NCBI GenBank assembly: GCA_043228905.1
Contig: JBHGNT010000015.1
Coordinates: 11,160,001 to 11,224,000 of the forward strand
DNA: 64,000 nt
Direction of reading: 5' to 3'
Source of the DNA: Azolla caroliniana
Lineage: Eukaryota; Plantae; Polypodiophyta
Under the pieces are notes generated by a model. That model was not told the DNA's origin. It made no database searches and saw nothing but the letters and a program-made list of their open reading frames with translations. Below, piece after piece: positions 1-12,100 of the stretch. The first letter of the stretch is position 1. Every line of letters begins with the position of its first letter. The translations under genes were made by a program, and so were the position numbers.

Positions 1-1416
1 TCTCAATACATTCCCATAGCCGATGCGAACAGATCCTAAGTTATCTTGATCATCATCTGCATCAGACTAAATCACCACATTGGTTTTGGTCCACCTCTTT
101 CCGTTTAGTCAGAATTTTTACTCTTCTTGAACTCGACTGATGAAACGACCATGGATCGTTTTGAATTTCGCTTGAATTATTCCCGTCATCTTCTCGTCCT
201 TGCAACTGATGAGCCCTATAATACAAATACTGTTCGTGATATTATATACGTCCATGATATTAAGGATATACAATACATACTTACATATAAGCTTCGTACC
301 TTTTCGCAATCTTTGCTTGTATCTTCTCCATCCACTTCTCTTTTGTTGAATCATAAATTTTCAACTCCAGTCTACAGAATTGTTGTATGAATTCATTATT
401 CATCATAGTTCCAAATGTAATATAATTCAAAATCATAGTTCATTATCTGAAATGTAATATCAAAATCGCAAGGATAAAAGTATATATCAAAATCGTCAGA
501 ATACAAGGAACTAACAATAAATACTTGTTGAACTCGAAGAAACTTCTAGTTGATGAGTATGTTCACGGGATGTAATATCATCTTTTCTCGAGTGTTTGTT
601 ACCATCCTAATGGGAATTGTCTAACTCAGACCTCTCTACCTTTGGGAAAGACATGCTCGTAATGATCTCCATTAATAGTGATATCTCCATCTTTCTCGTT
701 CTCTTACTTATGAAACCCCTTATTACAAAATACATGCTAGCATTTAAAAGAGAAGAAGTTTGGATGCACGCGTTAGAAGAATAGAAAGAAATACATTGTG
801 GAATGCTGAAAAATAATTGATGGAATAATTACAGAAAAGGTCTAGATAAGGAAACGCAATCGAACATGTACAGAAATACCTTGCCTTGGCCGGCCCTATT
901 TTCACCACAATCTTGATCCCTCTCAACGAAAATTGAGGATCTAGAGGCCATCTATGCTACCAATAAATAAAAAACAAGCATTATCAAATGGTCTAAGCTG
1001 TATTTTGTTACAGTAATGAAACCAATGTGTTTTTGTGTACCAAACGTTGAGCAATTTGAGAATAGTGGATTACATTTAATGAATATGAAATTCAGTGGAT
1101 TATATGTAATGTTCATACAACAAAATCAAACAAAAAATAAAAACAGAATTTATATAAGCATCTCTCCCTCTCTCAGCCACAAAATCAAATAAAAAGACTT
1201 CGCAAATAGAATAAAAGCAAATACATACCACATATTAGGTATTTGCTGCAATAAAAAGGAAATACATACAAGATAACAAAAGTTCTGAGTAGTTCTCTCA
1301 ATTGCAGCTACAAGTAGTTGACTAGTAATCAGGTTTCATAGATTTCCTTGCAGGTTCAGACTTTGAAATTTCGAGTAGTCCAACCCAGTTTTCGGAGGTT
1401 TAGCCATAATTATAAT

Positions 1417-1620
1417 CGGGTTAGATGTAAATTGCGGTCAGGTTAGAACTTATTGTCGGTTTAGAATTGAGGGCAAGTTAGATGCAAAATGGCCGGGTTA
1501 GAAAGTATGCATGGGTTGGGTTAGATGTAGATCCGGGTTAGAAAAAATGGTCAGGTTAGATGTAGATAGCCCAAGTTCAAAATTATGGGTCTGATTGGCA
1601 AATACAATAGCCGATTAGAA
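1417..1620. repeat. Degenerate short tandem array (GGTTAGA core, ~19-20 bp period)
   Basis: About 9 recurrences of (g/c)GGTTAGA(tgta/aa) at roughly 20-bp spacing. Possibly subterminal repeats of a decayed DNA transposon. Confidence 0.55.
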
Positions 1621-3367
1621 ATCACGGGGGATACGATTCCCATGCTTTCACTAGATAATGATCTAACGATGCAGATTTCACATCATTATCAAAGAACTAC
1701 CTAACGCAAGCATGCGTTGCCGAGATCACCTTCCCTATTTAATATTCGGAACCCAAATGTATCAATCTTTATTTAGCTTGTGGACCTTCGTTATGGTTGT
1801 CTAACTTTACCTTGATTTTTACATGTTTTTAATAGATTATTAGTAGTCTACGTGACAAAGGAAGATAGCTATTGATGAAATTTTGTCGACAAATTATATG
1901 GTCAATGTACATATTTTTGTTAATGCGCACATGTACAAATGCAAATATATTTCCCTAATGTTATTCTCATACATGTATAAATGTATGTTAATGTGAGTGG
2001 TAGTGTGTTCGATGTTGATGAAAAGTTGATGAAATTATATATGGTCAATGTTGGTATTTATTATTACACACATGTGTACGGTTTAATTCATGTGTGCGCA
2101 CTGACATGCTAAAGTTTGGGGGATGGGAATAGATAGAAACAGGGGACTTGAAGAGATAGAGAAGTGGCAAAATATTTCAACTTTTTTATGCTTGTCTTCC
2201 TTACTTTTTGGAGATAAATCATTTTATGTTTGCTAGTTGTAAGGACCTCCTAAAGTGACCACAAAATAATCCTACCAAAATTCCCATTTATCTTTACCTT
2301 GCAACTTCTATTTGCCCTCTAAAAGATATCTCACTACCAACGATCTTCTACCAAGAAAGACGCGTAAGATAGGAGCACCTCAAGAAACATGTGTAGATTC
2401 TATACTAAACCTCCTCCTTCAATTATAAGGTGAAGTAAATCATGAAAGTCAAACACTAGTAGAGAAGATAAATACGATATGACCATATGAGCATAACTAA
2501 CACCATAACATGAGGATTTAATGCCAATATGAAGACCTCACACCAATGGTGTAACATTGGTGTGCAAAACTTCTATGAAGGTCTTGACCGACTACCTAGC
2601 AAAGGATTAACTCTTGGAAGTTTTGATTTATTTTCACCGCCTTCATCACTTAGGCATTTCCATTGACACTAAGTCTTACTCTAAATTCCATGGACACTTA
2701 GCTTGATGCATCCTCTTGGGCAAGTCTTCCTTCCCACACTCTCTACTCAAGACAATTATTCGAATATTCATAAGGTATTTGTCCGACTCAACGAATCATA
2801 TGTTGCTTAATCATGCCTCGGATCAACATATATACGCGAATGTAATTGATTCAATATTCCACATTACATACTCCAAATAAATTACTTAAATGACTTGTTC
2901 TTTTCACACAGTAAAAAAAAAAATGTACTTCAAAGATATCATTACAACATATAAGAAATAAGGGCTGTGTTTTCTAAAATGGAGGAAGGATTTGATTGCC
3001 ATAATTCCTTTTCATAATGGTGCACAAAATAAATGTCCTTCCAAGACAACAACAGCTGAGCTAAGCTCATACAAACAGATAAAAATACGAGATATATCTC
3101 AAACTCACATTGAATTCCAGCAATCAAAAATATGTCATAAGATATGAAGCATTAATTGATGCACCTTTCCTCTTTTCAATTTCCGTTGCTACTTCTCCAA
3201 AGACATGCTCATAATTTCCTTACACGAAAAAAACATCGATCGATCAACTCAACATGTGCAATATATATTGTTTTCAATGCCAATATCATATACCTTTCGA
3301 ATCCGAGGTTTTTTTAAACTTTGGTTTGTTGCCAAACATGAAATTGGTGGGCAAAATCTAATGTGCC

Positions 3368-4288
3368 TTAGGATTCCGACATGAGTTGCGAAATCTTGCC
3401 CTCTTGAGCCACGAAGCCTTGTTCCCTGACACGCAGCCACAAGCAAACGGCACTAAAGCTCACAATCAAGCTAATGAGGCCACTGGCGAGCCCGATGCCT
3501 ACAATAGTGAGCACCGAGAGGCCATGGCTACTCTCAGGGGGCAGAGGGTAGCCATAAAGGTCCGGATTGCCGACAAATGAGCTCGCATTGAAGCGGGGAG
3601 CGCCAGTCGATGTGTTAGATAATGTAGCCGGGATGGGCCCGGACAAATCATTATCCGAGACATCAAACACTTTGAGCCGTTGGAGTATACCGATTTGTCC
3701 CGGAATCATTCCAGAAAGCTTGTTCCTATGCAAATCGATGAAGTTGAGATAGGTGCAGCGCGCGAGCTCAACGGGGATGGGACCGGAGATGCGATTTCCC
3801 GAAAAGTTGAGGGCAATGAGGTAGGTGAGGTTACCAATGCTGGCGGGTATGGGTCCTGAGAGGTGATTGGACGAGAGGTCGAGGCTAGCCAGTAGGGTGC
3901 AATTGGAGAGGCTAGAAGGGATGGTTCCGACGAGATTGGAGGAATTGAGTGTTATGGAGTAGACTCGATTGTCGTTGCACGTGATCCCCGTGAGGTTTAT
4001 GAGGGCCGAGGTAATGCAAGGGGTCTTGAGGTAGGGTTCATACCAAGAGGCCACAATCCCTGAATTCATCGAGGCTCGCAGACCCGAGAGGCACGCGGCA
4101 TCATCACCTGTTCCTGTTCCTGTTCCTGTTCCCATGCTCTGCCCATAACAATATGCACTACTGCTAGTCTTCTTGGAGAAACCATCATGGGTGATGAGAA
4201 TCAGAATTGCAACACCAAGAAGAAGAAGATGATGATGAAGAGGAAGATAACCATGATGATGATGATGATGATGAATCATGCCTGACAT
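3368..4288 (-). CDS. RLP44: LRR receptor-like protein, RLP44/RLP57-like (signal peptide, LRRNT, ~4 LRRs, TM helix, short cytoplasmic tail)
   Basis: Intronless 306-aa ORF with plant LRRs ([13 protein letters not shown]), [49 protein letters not shown] and tail EGKISQ. All closely match Arabidopsis RLP44 as recalled. Confidence 0.92.
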   Translation of the reverse strand: MSGMIHHHHHHHGYLPLHHHLLLLGVAILILITHDGFSKKTSSSAYCYGQSMGTGTGTGTGDDAACLSGLRASMNSGIVASWYEPYLKTPCITSALINLTGITCNDNRVYSITLNSSNLVGTIPSSLSNCTLLASLDLSSNHLSGPIPASIGNLTYLIALNFSGNRISGPIPVELARCTYLNFIDLHRNKLSGMIPGQIGILQRLKVFDVSDNDLSGPIPATLSNTSTGAPRFNASSFVGNPDLYGYPLPPESSHGLSVLTIVGIGLASGLISLIVSFSAVCLWLRVREQGFVAQEGKISQLMSES

Positions 4289-4454
4289 GGCTACTCCGTG
4301 TTGTGTTGTTGAAGGATACCATGAAAATGATGTATTCTCTCTTAAGTGTCTTCTTCCTTCCCCACCCCTATATTAGACCTACCCCTGTATCCTCTATACT
4401 TCTTCTTCTTCGTCTTCTTCTTTCTCAAATTTAAGTTGCCATGAAGTAGAAACA

Positions 4455-4457
<3 letters not shown>

Positions 4458-4493
<36 letters not shown>

Positions 4494-4730
4494 CTCTCTT
4501 TAAGTTGGAAACCCTAAATCTTCTGTAAACATGAGAAGAGAGGTGTTACCTGAGTTTTGGAGAGCTCTGAGAGCTCTTCTCTGACCGAGACTGACTGACT
4601 GACTGACTGACTGAGGAGTTGGGGAAGGTTGGCTTTTAGTTTTGGGTTGTCAAAGAATGCCTCCCAAAGACATTTTGAATGTGTGTGTGTGTGTGTGTGT
4701 GTTTCTTCTTCCTTCACACACATGGAACCA

Positions 4731-4768
<38 letters not shown>
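4458..4768. repeat. Microsatellite cluster upstream of the RLP44-like gene: (CT)n, (GACT)n, (GT)n, (CT)n
   Basis: Directly visible SSR tracts at about 4458, 4588, 4680 and 4732. Confidence 0.9.
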
Positions 4769-4769
<1 letters not shown>

Positions 4770-7099
4770 ATCGGAATACTACTACCAGCATTATGTCTTG
4801 GGTTGGAAACCAGATTTTCGGAATGTAGGGGTTGAAGCCATGACCCCTCTCTCTCTTATAATTGATCGTAATTAGCTTTACCTTAGTGGTAAGTTGTTAA
4901 CACTATAAGCATTATGTCTTTGGATTTGAAACCTAATTTTCTCACCTCTCTATTATATACTTCATACATATCTCTTAAATTCACTAGATGCCACTGCATG
5001 AAAGAAGACTACACAATTTTATGGGACTCTACTCCTAAAGCAAAATGTCATCTAGTGTGTTTGATTAGGCATGAAGCCAACGGTGTGGAATCGACTATTA
5101 ATAAGATGTTTTAAAAGGGTTTCTACCATTTGTCTGAGACTTCATTGGATGGATGAACTCTTTTTGACGTCAAGTACACATAGGTTGCGTTGCCCTTGTT
5201 CATCGTGCATTTCCAAACTTCGTTCTCACCATCTAGATCTCATATATTTTCACTTGTTTTACTATTGTGGTCAACTAGATCTCACATACTTGACTCAATT
5301 TGTTGAAGGTGCATGGATATTGATAACAATTCCACCTTGATTCCCTTTGGAAGCATTTGTCAAATAATTTGCTGAACAATTGGACATCTTACACAATAAC
5401 AATACGTGCGCATTATTTGCCCTTAATCCATGTTTATCCTCTAGTTATGAGCATGCGCTTGGCCTTTTCCGTTACATAATCTAGTACTCATTGTTTCTAC
5501 ATTTTACCTTTTTCTAGGCATTAACATGCTCATTTCTCACTCATGTGATCGATTTACCCACCTACATGACTGAAGAATAGTAAATTGTAGGGTTATTTTT
5601 ATAGGTTCAAACAATAGGATATAAAATTGATACTATTGGCAAGTGCATAACACATGCACTAAACAGGTGTAAAGACCCACAAGTCCTCGGTGAATGTGTA
5701 GGCCTAACCTTGTAGTGCATGAAAAATGTAGATATAATACAATTTAGAGGTGTCGATGTGAGTGAATCATTATATCCGAAATAAGGTTCTTATTTTTTGT
5801 CAATGGGGTATGAGTAGAATATTGTGTAATAATGCTACTAAAGCAAGATCGTGTCCTCGAAAATAAAAAAAAGCAATATTGTATTCTTTAAGGACACACG
5901 CAAACTTATAGAGTTAAACACTACTTTCAAACATTGATTTTCAAATGCATCCACGAGCAAGCAAAACAATGATGATATTGTCAATGTTAAATGGCATGAA
6001 ATGCTTGAATTAATTTATAATCTCAATCTCATCATCCCTCTGTATCCTCACGTGTTGTTTATAGAAGATATGGTGTGTTGGCATGTATTAAATACACATT
6101 GTCCAAGACCTATTATCAATTTCTCAATTTTGTAGACCAACGTTGTTTTTATGTTTTACCTTGTTAATAGACTTCTTTAGCTCTCTCTCTCTCTCTCTAA
6201 TGGTCAAAGTTGTGACCATGTCATCAAACTTCAAGGGCAATGCACGAATACATCTCCATCTTACTTGACATGAGCAAAGAGGTAGCAAAAAACTATTTTC
6301 CTAGTCGAGAAACATAAGTGAATAAAGATACAAAAACAAAGTTTATCGAAACCTACTCAAGGATTACGAGGTTTGAAATTTTAGGCCTATAAATTAAAGT
6401 CTTTAAATTGGTCTCTTTTGACGTCAATAATGTTTTCTTAACTACACACGAGACTTAGAAAATTATAATTAGCCTCTCACTCCCTTTCCTATTCAAGTTG
6501 AATCTCTCTCTCGCTCTCCACCTCCCTCTTAGCCCTAACAACTCTCCCCAAGGGTCAACCCTAATATCACTCTCTCTTTCCTATCTTTGAAGTTTTATCT
6601 CTCTCAACTTACGTTGTAAGTGCTATTTATTTCATTCAATAAATTGGCCATTGCAAGTTACTTGATATATGAAACCCATGTATAGAAATTTTTGGACATT
6701 AAGAATCATTACTCAATTCCCTTCATACTAAGTAAAAACGTTTCATTTTTTATCCAATAGGCCATGTTTGATCTCCCAAAATGATAATAAAATAATCAAG
6801 CTCTCTCCATTGAATCCTAATCTCCCTCCATCTCCATATGATGAAAAGTAAAGCAATGAGCAACAAAAAATAATAAAAAATAAACAAACACAAAAGGAAC
6901 CTATATGGAACAGTGTCATGTATCACGTGTCAATAGAAATTTTCTCTTGACATAGTAGTATCTCTTAATTGCAAGGTTCACAATTTGCTTTAAGATATAT
7001 TATATATAAATATACACACATAATTAGAAGAAGTCACTTATCCAATGGGGTATGCTTTTTAGAATATGCACAAGGACTCGTGTTACTATTATACTTGCA

Positions 7100-8186
7100 T
7101 TGACAAATACACCCCTGTCTAAGATTTGGACAAAAACATGGTAGATACAATATACGTCGGATGATTTTGTTGACGTGATATTAGTTAGTTCTATTTTTTG
7201 CTATGTTTTCATAAACCACATACACATGCGTCAAGCCTTTTTGAAATTTTGCTTAAATAAGGCATTTTTTAACATCTCGCTAAGATATGAAAAAGAGAAT
7301 GCGACATATTACCTGTTTCAAATGACCCGGTGTTAACAAGACTTAAGCATTAGATTCAAGCAAGACAAACTCTCTAGTTGAACCCACCTTAGAACACTAC
7401 AATGGAATGAAACTTTTCATTACATATCTTATTTGCAAAAAGACTTAACCCACTTAGCGAATATTACAAATTCGGGCTATGTAGGATGCCTAGACAATTG
7501 GAAATCAACCTCTAGCTATTTCTTCCAATTTGTAAGCGGAGCAATCTCACGAAGATCAAATTTTCAAGAATGCACAATGACCTCGACAACTAAAGCTGGT
7601 TATGTAATTGCATCCAACACAACTAAGGGAGCACTATAGCTTAGTCAACTAGTTGGCACATTTCAACAAATTGTCCCAAACTTAGCCTTTACCTTATATT
7701 TGATAACCAGTTTGCTATCTCTTTAGTGAAAATTCCAATCCATCCTTTGGCATTTGAACATATAAAAATCTAATATCACTATTCAAGAATGTGTCACCAA
7801 GCAGAAAATTGTCATCGACAAGATTTTGACACTTGACAATATACTTGAAACCATGACCAAATTCTTCCAACAGATTGATTCAAATCTTTGCGTACCAAAA
7901 TGGGTTTGAAGTTGATTCCAATGCTAACTACTTGAGTTGGTTACATAGTACATGCCCATTACGGAAGAGTGTTGAATTATAGAGTACGCATGCTAATGGT
8001 TGCATATGTAAGGGTTAAGCTAACCCTAATACTTATACACCTTGTAATGTTTTTATTGTTGTTGAATAGAGTATCATCTTTCTTGCCTACATAATTTCTC
8101 GCTCTCAATGTCTATGCTCCCATTGCTTTTAATTGGGTTTACTCTAATTCCACGTCCATCATCTACTTATCATTAACTATTCAACA
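7100..8186 (+). mobile_element. Decayed Ty1/copia 3' end: RNase H remnant, PPT and 3' LTR (7970-8186)
   Basis: ORF 7433 GYVGCLDNWKSTSSYFF...ECTMTSTTKAGYVIA is a copia RNase H remnant. Purine tract acggaagag is followed by TGTTGAAT...ATTCAACA (8-bp terminal inverted repeat). Confidence 0.75.
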
Positions 8187-8786
8187 ATCCTAGCACAATC
8201 CATGGTTGCTCTTTGATTTGTATAGGTAAAGTACCTTGTATCAATGTTATATTTGTAATTGTTGCCAAAAAATCCATAGTTGGGTGGGATGTGTAAGAAT
8301 TCTCACACTTTAGCAAACACCAAAATGATTTGAGATCAAGCCTCAACGACATCTCCTACCTCTTTGACCCCCAAACAAAACAAGTGATAAAACAACACAT
8401 AAGATTTGAGAAGACAGGAATGACTTTTTTTGCAAAGATTTACAGTGTTCTTAGCTAGATGATGGTACCTATAAAAACAAGGAGAGCACTTCATGGCATG
8501 ACACAACCAAGTGTTGGGCACATGAAGAACAAAGAATTTTAAGTGGAATACTCCCATTTAAGTAATTGTGATCATGATGCCTTAATCATTGTCTTCCCCA
8601 TTTTTTACACCCACCTTCTCAATGAAATATTGAACAATAACTATCTATGGTTGTGAGTGTGAACACATATATAGCATGGCGAATCTAAGTATGACATTTT
8701 GATATGCATTCAAGCACCACATTTGAGTTTGCATTCCACACATTGTAGCCAATCAATCGAGACCAAATGCAGACTCACGTGTCTCA

Positions 8787-8870
8787 CACAATCAAAATCA
8801 GAATCACGATCACCATCACGATCACCATCACCATCACAATCATGATCACCATCACGATCACAATCACAAT
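8787..8870. repeat. ATCAC(C/G/A) hexamer microsatellite
   Basis: About 13 imperfect ATCACN units. Confidence 0.85.
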
Positions 8871-9076
8871 GTGACACTCGATTGTTAAAAAATCGTAAGA
8901 ATCCCGCTAGGGTGGGAATCACTACTGAATTCTTCTAGACGACGGAAAAATGTTTCGCCTTTGGTCTCATCATACACAAGAAAGAGCTGGTTGTCATAAT
9001 ACATTGGGCCTCCTCCTCCCACCATAACATTCCTTCTCCATTCCATACACACATACATATTTCTTTCACTCCATAA

Positions 9077-9117
<41 letters not shown>

Positions 9118-9136
9118 GATCCGTGCTTCTGCAGAG

Positions 9137-12100
9137 ATGGCGGCGCGACGAGTGGTTGTATTTCCTGTGAGAGGCAGTAGATGGGCGTGGGGCTTGACAC
9201 CTCCTCCTCCTGCTCTTGACGCTTCTGGTGCTGCTGCTCCACCCCCTCAGACCCTCTTCCAAATCTGGAAGAGAGCAAGCGACGAAGCCGTAGAGAACGC
9301 TCTTCAAGGTAAAGGTATATTGCGCAGTGCTTGGAGTACTCAATGGAATATGAGCGTCATAACACAGCACCTTGTAGACAAGGTGAGGTATTCTTCTTCT
9401 TCTCTAGTCTTTTCTTGTATTGTAAATCTCCTCTATTTTTTATTATTTATTTATTGCAATGTTTTCCTCCTTGCTTTTATTGTGTAATGTTTGCGGCAGC
9501 TTTTGGGTACCATGGAGAAGAAGTGGGTAGCTCTCGGACAAACACCTGAGGGCAGCATACGCAAACGAATGCATAGGTGAGTCAATCATCTTGTTGTATA
9601 TGGGAATGTTCAAGGGATGAATTGGTGGACACCAAGAAATTCTAGCTATGATGAGAGAAGACAGAGAGAGATGATAATGATGCACTGCACCTTGTTGGAG
9701 ATGGGATGGTAATACCATATTCCAATTCTATGTGAAAGTGTTGATGACACATACATTAGTGGGCGATTTTTATCTTTTGGCAATGACTTCAAAACAAAAT
9801 GCCAACAACTTATAGATGGAAAACACACACTTTTTCTATATAGTATTTGAGTAGAATGGCATACAAAAATGCATATGTGCCCAATTGCAAAAATCATTTG
9901 GTTGATATTTCACAACTTTGAGCATCATTAGTTGCAATATTTATTGGGGTTTTTTCCTAGGGAGTCAAAGCTTTACCTTATGGTATTAGTGACACCTTAC
10001 ATATATGGTACAATTGGGGCGTGATGACAGTGGTGTATTAACATCCACGGGGAACCAACATGATCCAAGACACTGAACAATCATCATAAAGGACTCTTCC
10101 TAGCTGTGCAGGTGGGGAATCTTTAAATGGTAGATAGAAAAGAAAAGAAAAATCTGAAATGGCAACTTTGTTTCTGAATTTCACTGTTTGTCTTCCATGA
10201 ATATGTTTCTGTGGTGAAGTAGAAGAGCAAAGAGCGTTCCTAATATTGTAGGCAAGGATGCATCCTTGTCTGGGGTTCTTCAAAGCTGAGCTAACATTTG
10301 TAAGAGCTCTTGACCTTCATTTCTAATGTCCTCATGTGTGAAGCATTCCAAAGTGACATGTTCATCTGTTTCTGGTACCTGATATGTTGAGGCAAGATGG
10401 TTTGCATTTTCTCTTTTTTTGCCAACCCCTGATTTCCATTTTCAATGTGCATGAGTGTGTGAATATCAGTTTAGCCTATCACCCTTTGTATTTTCCCAAT
10501 TTTGACTACTGATGCAGTGTGAATGGTTTCAAACTTCGATCTATGACCTATGGGAGTCAGAAAGAGTATTAGAGGAAAACACCTTTGCTGGTGCAGAGGT
10601 GTAACAATAAGTGTCTTATGGGTTTTCTTATGATCGTTCAAATGCTCAAGGAGAGAGCACATATATCACCAACCACCCTTAATATTCCTATGGTTAAGGA
10701 GAGAGCACATGTGTTTTCTTATTATCATTCCTATGCCAAAGGAGAGAGCACACATAGCTGTCTCCAACTTGGTGAAGTTGTGGGAGGTTGGTGCCTGCAG
10801 TAATTGATAGTGGGAAGCATTTGGTCATGTATGCTTTAGATGGTAGTGTAAGATGCTCGTCATCCTTGATCTCATGCTCTACGTAGTCCTATCAAGCTCC
10901 ATTCTTGATGTCATGCTCATGGCTATGACTGCAGAGGAGGGTGATTGGTCTTCTCGTATTGAACATCATGGTGGTGAGAGGATGCGATTGTGTGTCTCTC
11001 ATCATTTCCTTGTTGTTTTCTTCACTTGTGGGATTTATGCGAGTCTTATGCAATTTTTCTGTTCTTGGCATCCTTATTCACATTTAGACGTGAGCACATC
11101 AATAATGCATGATTTGATATATGCCAATTCCCGTATCATCAGTAAGTTCTAATTTAATGTTGCCACATTCTGAATCATAAACCATTTCGTGTGGCTTGTC
11201 TGTAGTTAGCTAGAAAAGAAAAATTTGCTTTTATTTGTCTCTGTTTTTTTTGTTAGAATTTAAAGACTGGATTGGTAGGTGATGTGCTTCCATGTCCTTC
11301 AGTTTAAGCACATAATAGTGGACTCTCATCAGAACCTTTAATTTAATGTGGTGTGGTTGCCTTGACCCCAATGTTCCGTCACAGAAACATCCTTTGTACC
11401 TTCTCGATTCATTCCATCTACAAGGGGGTATACTTCCTCCCCCATATAACAAAACTCAGATTACCAGTGCATTGAACTGTCTGACCGTTGCCTGCCACCT
11501 TTGATGATTGTTGCGATTGCATTTGGATTCAAAGAGATGGTTGCTTTCCCAAGCCACTTTAAACCAACATTCTATGCATGGTTGGTGAGGATGTTGATGC
11601 CTAAGAATTTGAGAGAGCTCACATTCTGGCTACTTGGTGTTGACTATCATGGATCCAAATTACCCAATATTTACCAATAAGCTTCTTTTTCATAAAAATC
11701 CTTTATTAATATGAACTAAGTGTTTAAAAGAGTTGATAATCCTTGAGAAAAGAGTGATATCATCTGCATAGATTAGGATAGCCAGATGTTTGCCAAAGGT
11801 AGTAAGAAAAATTGCTCACTTCATTCCACTTGCATGATGAAATTTTCTAAATAGTCTATGCATAGGACGAATCAAGTGGGCATCCCTTGCTTTATGCCGA
11901 AATTCTTCCAAATTCATTGGAGAACCTGTGCTGTGTTTCACCAAACATCAGACTCACTGATAAGTCTGTTCTACTGTTGTTTGGTATTCGTTCTGTATAC
12001 CATGTTTTGCCATGCATTCTCGGGGTCCCTTTTGATACTGTACTGAAAGATTTTTCAAAATGCACAAAGCAACAATTAAATACCATGTTTTGCCATGCGT

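Noticed and set aside
1-1000. Short ORFs at the window start
   Set aside because: No recognisable domain or splice-supported model; likely decayed repeat.
8885-9370. 161-aa minus-strand ORF and other short ORFs overlapping the two genes
   Set aside because: Antisense shadows of GC-rich exons and microsatellite-derived sequence with no protein motifs.
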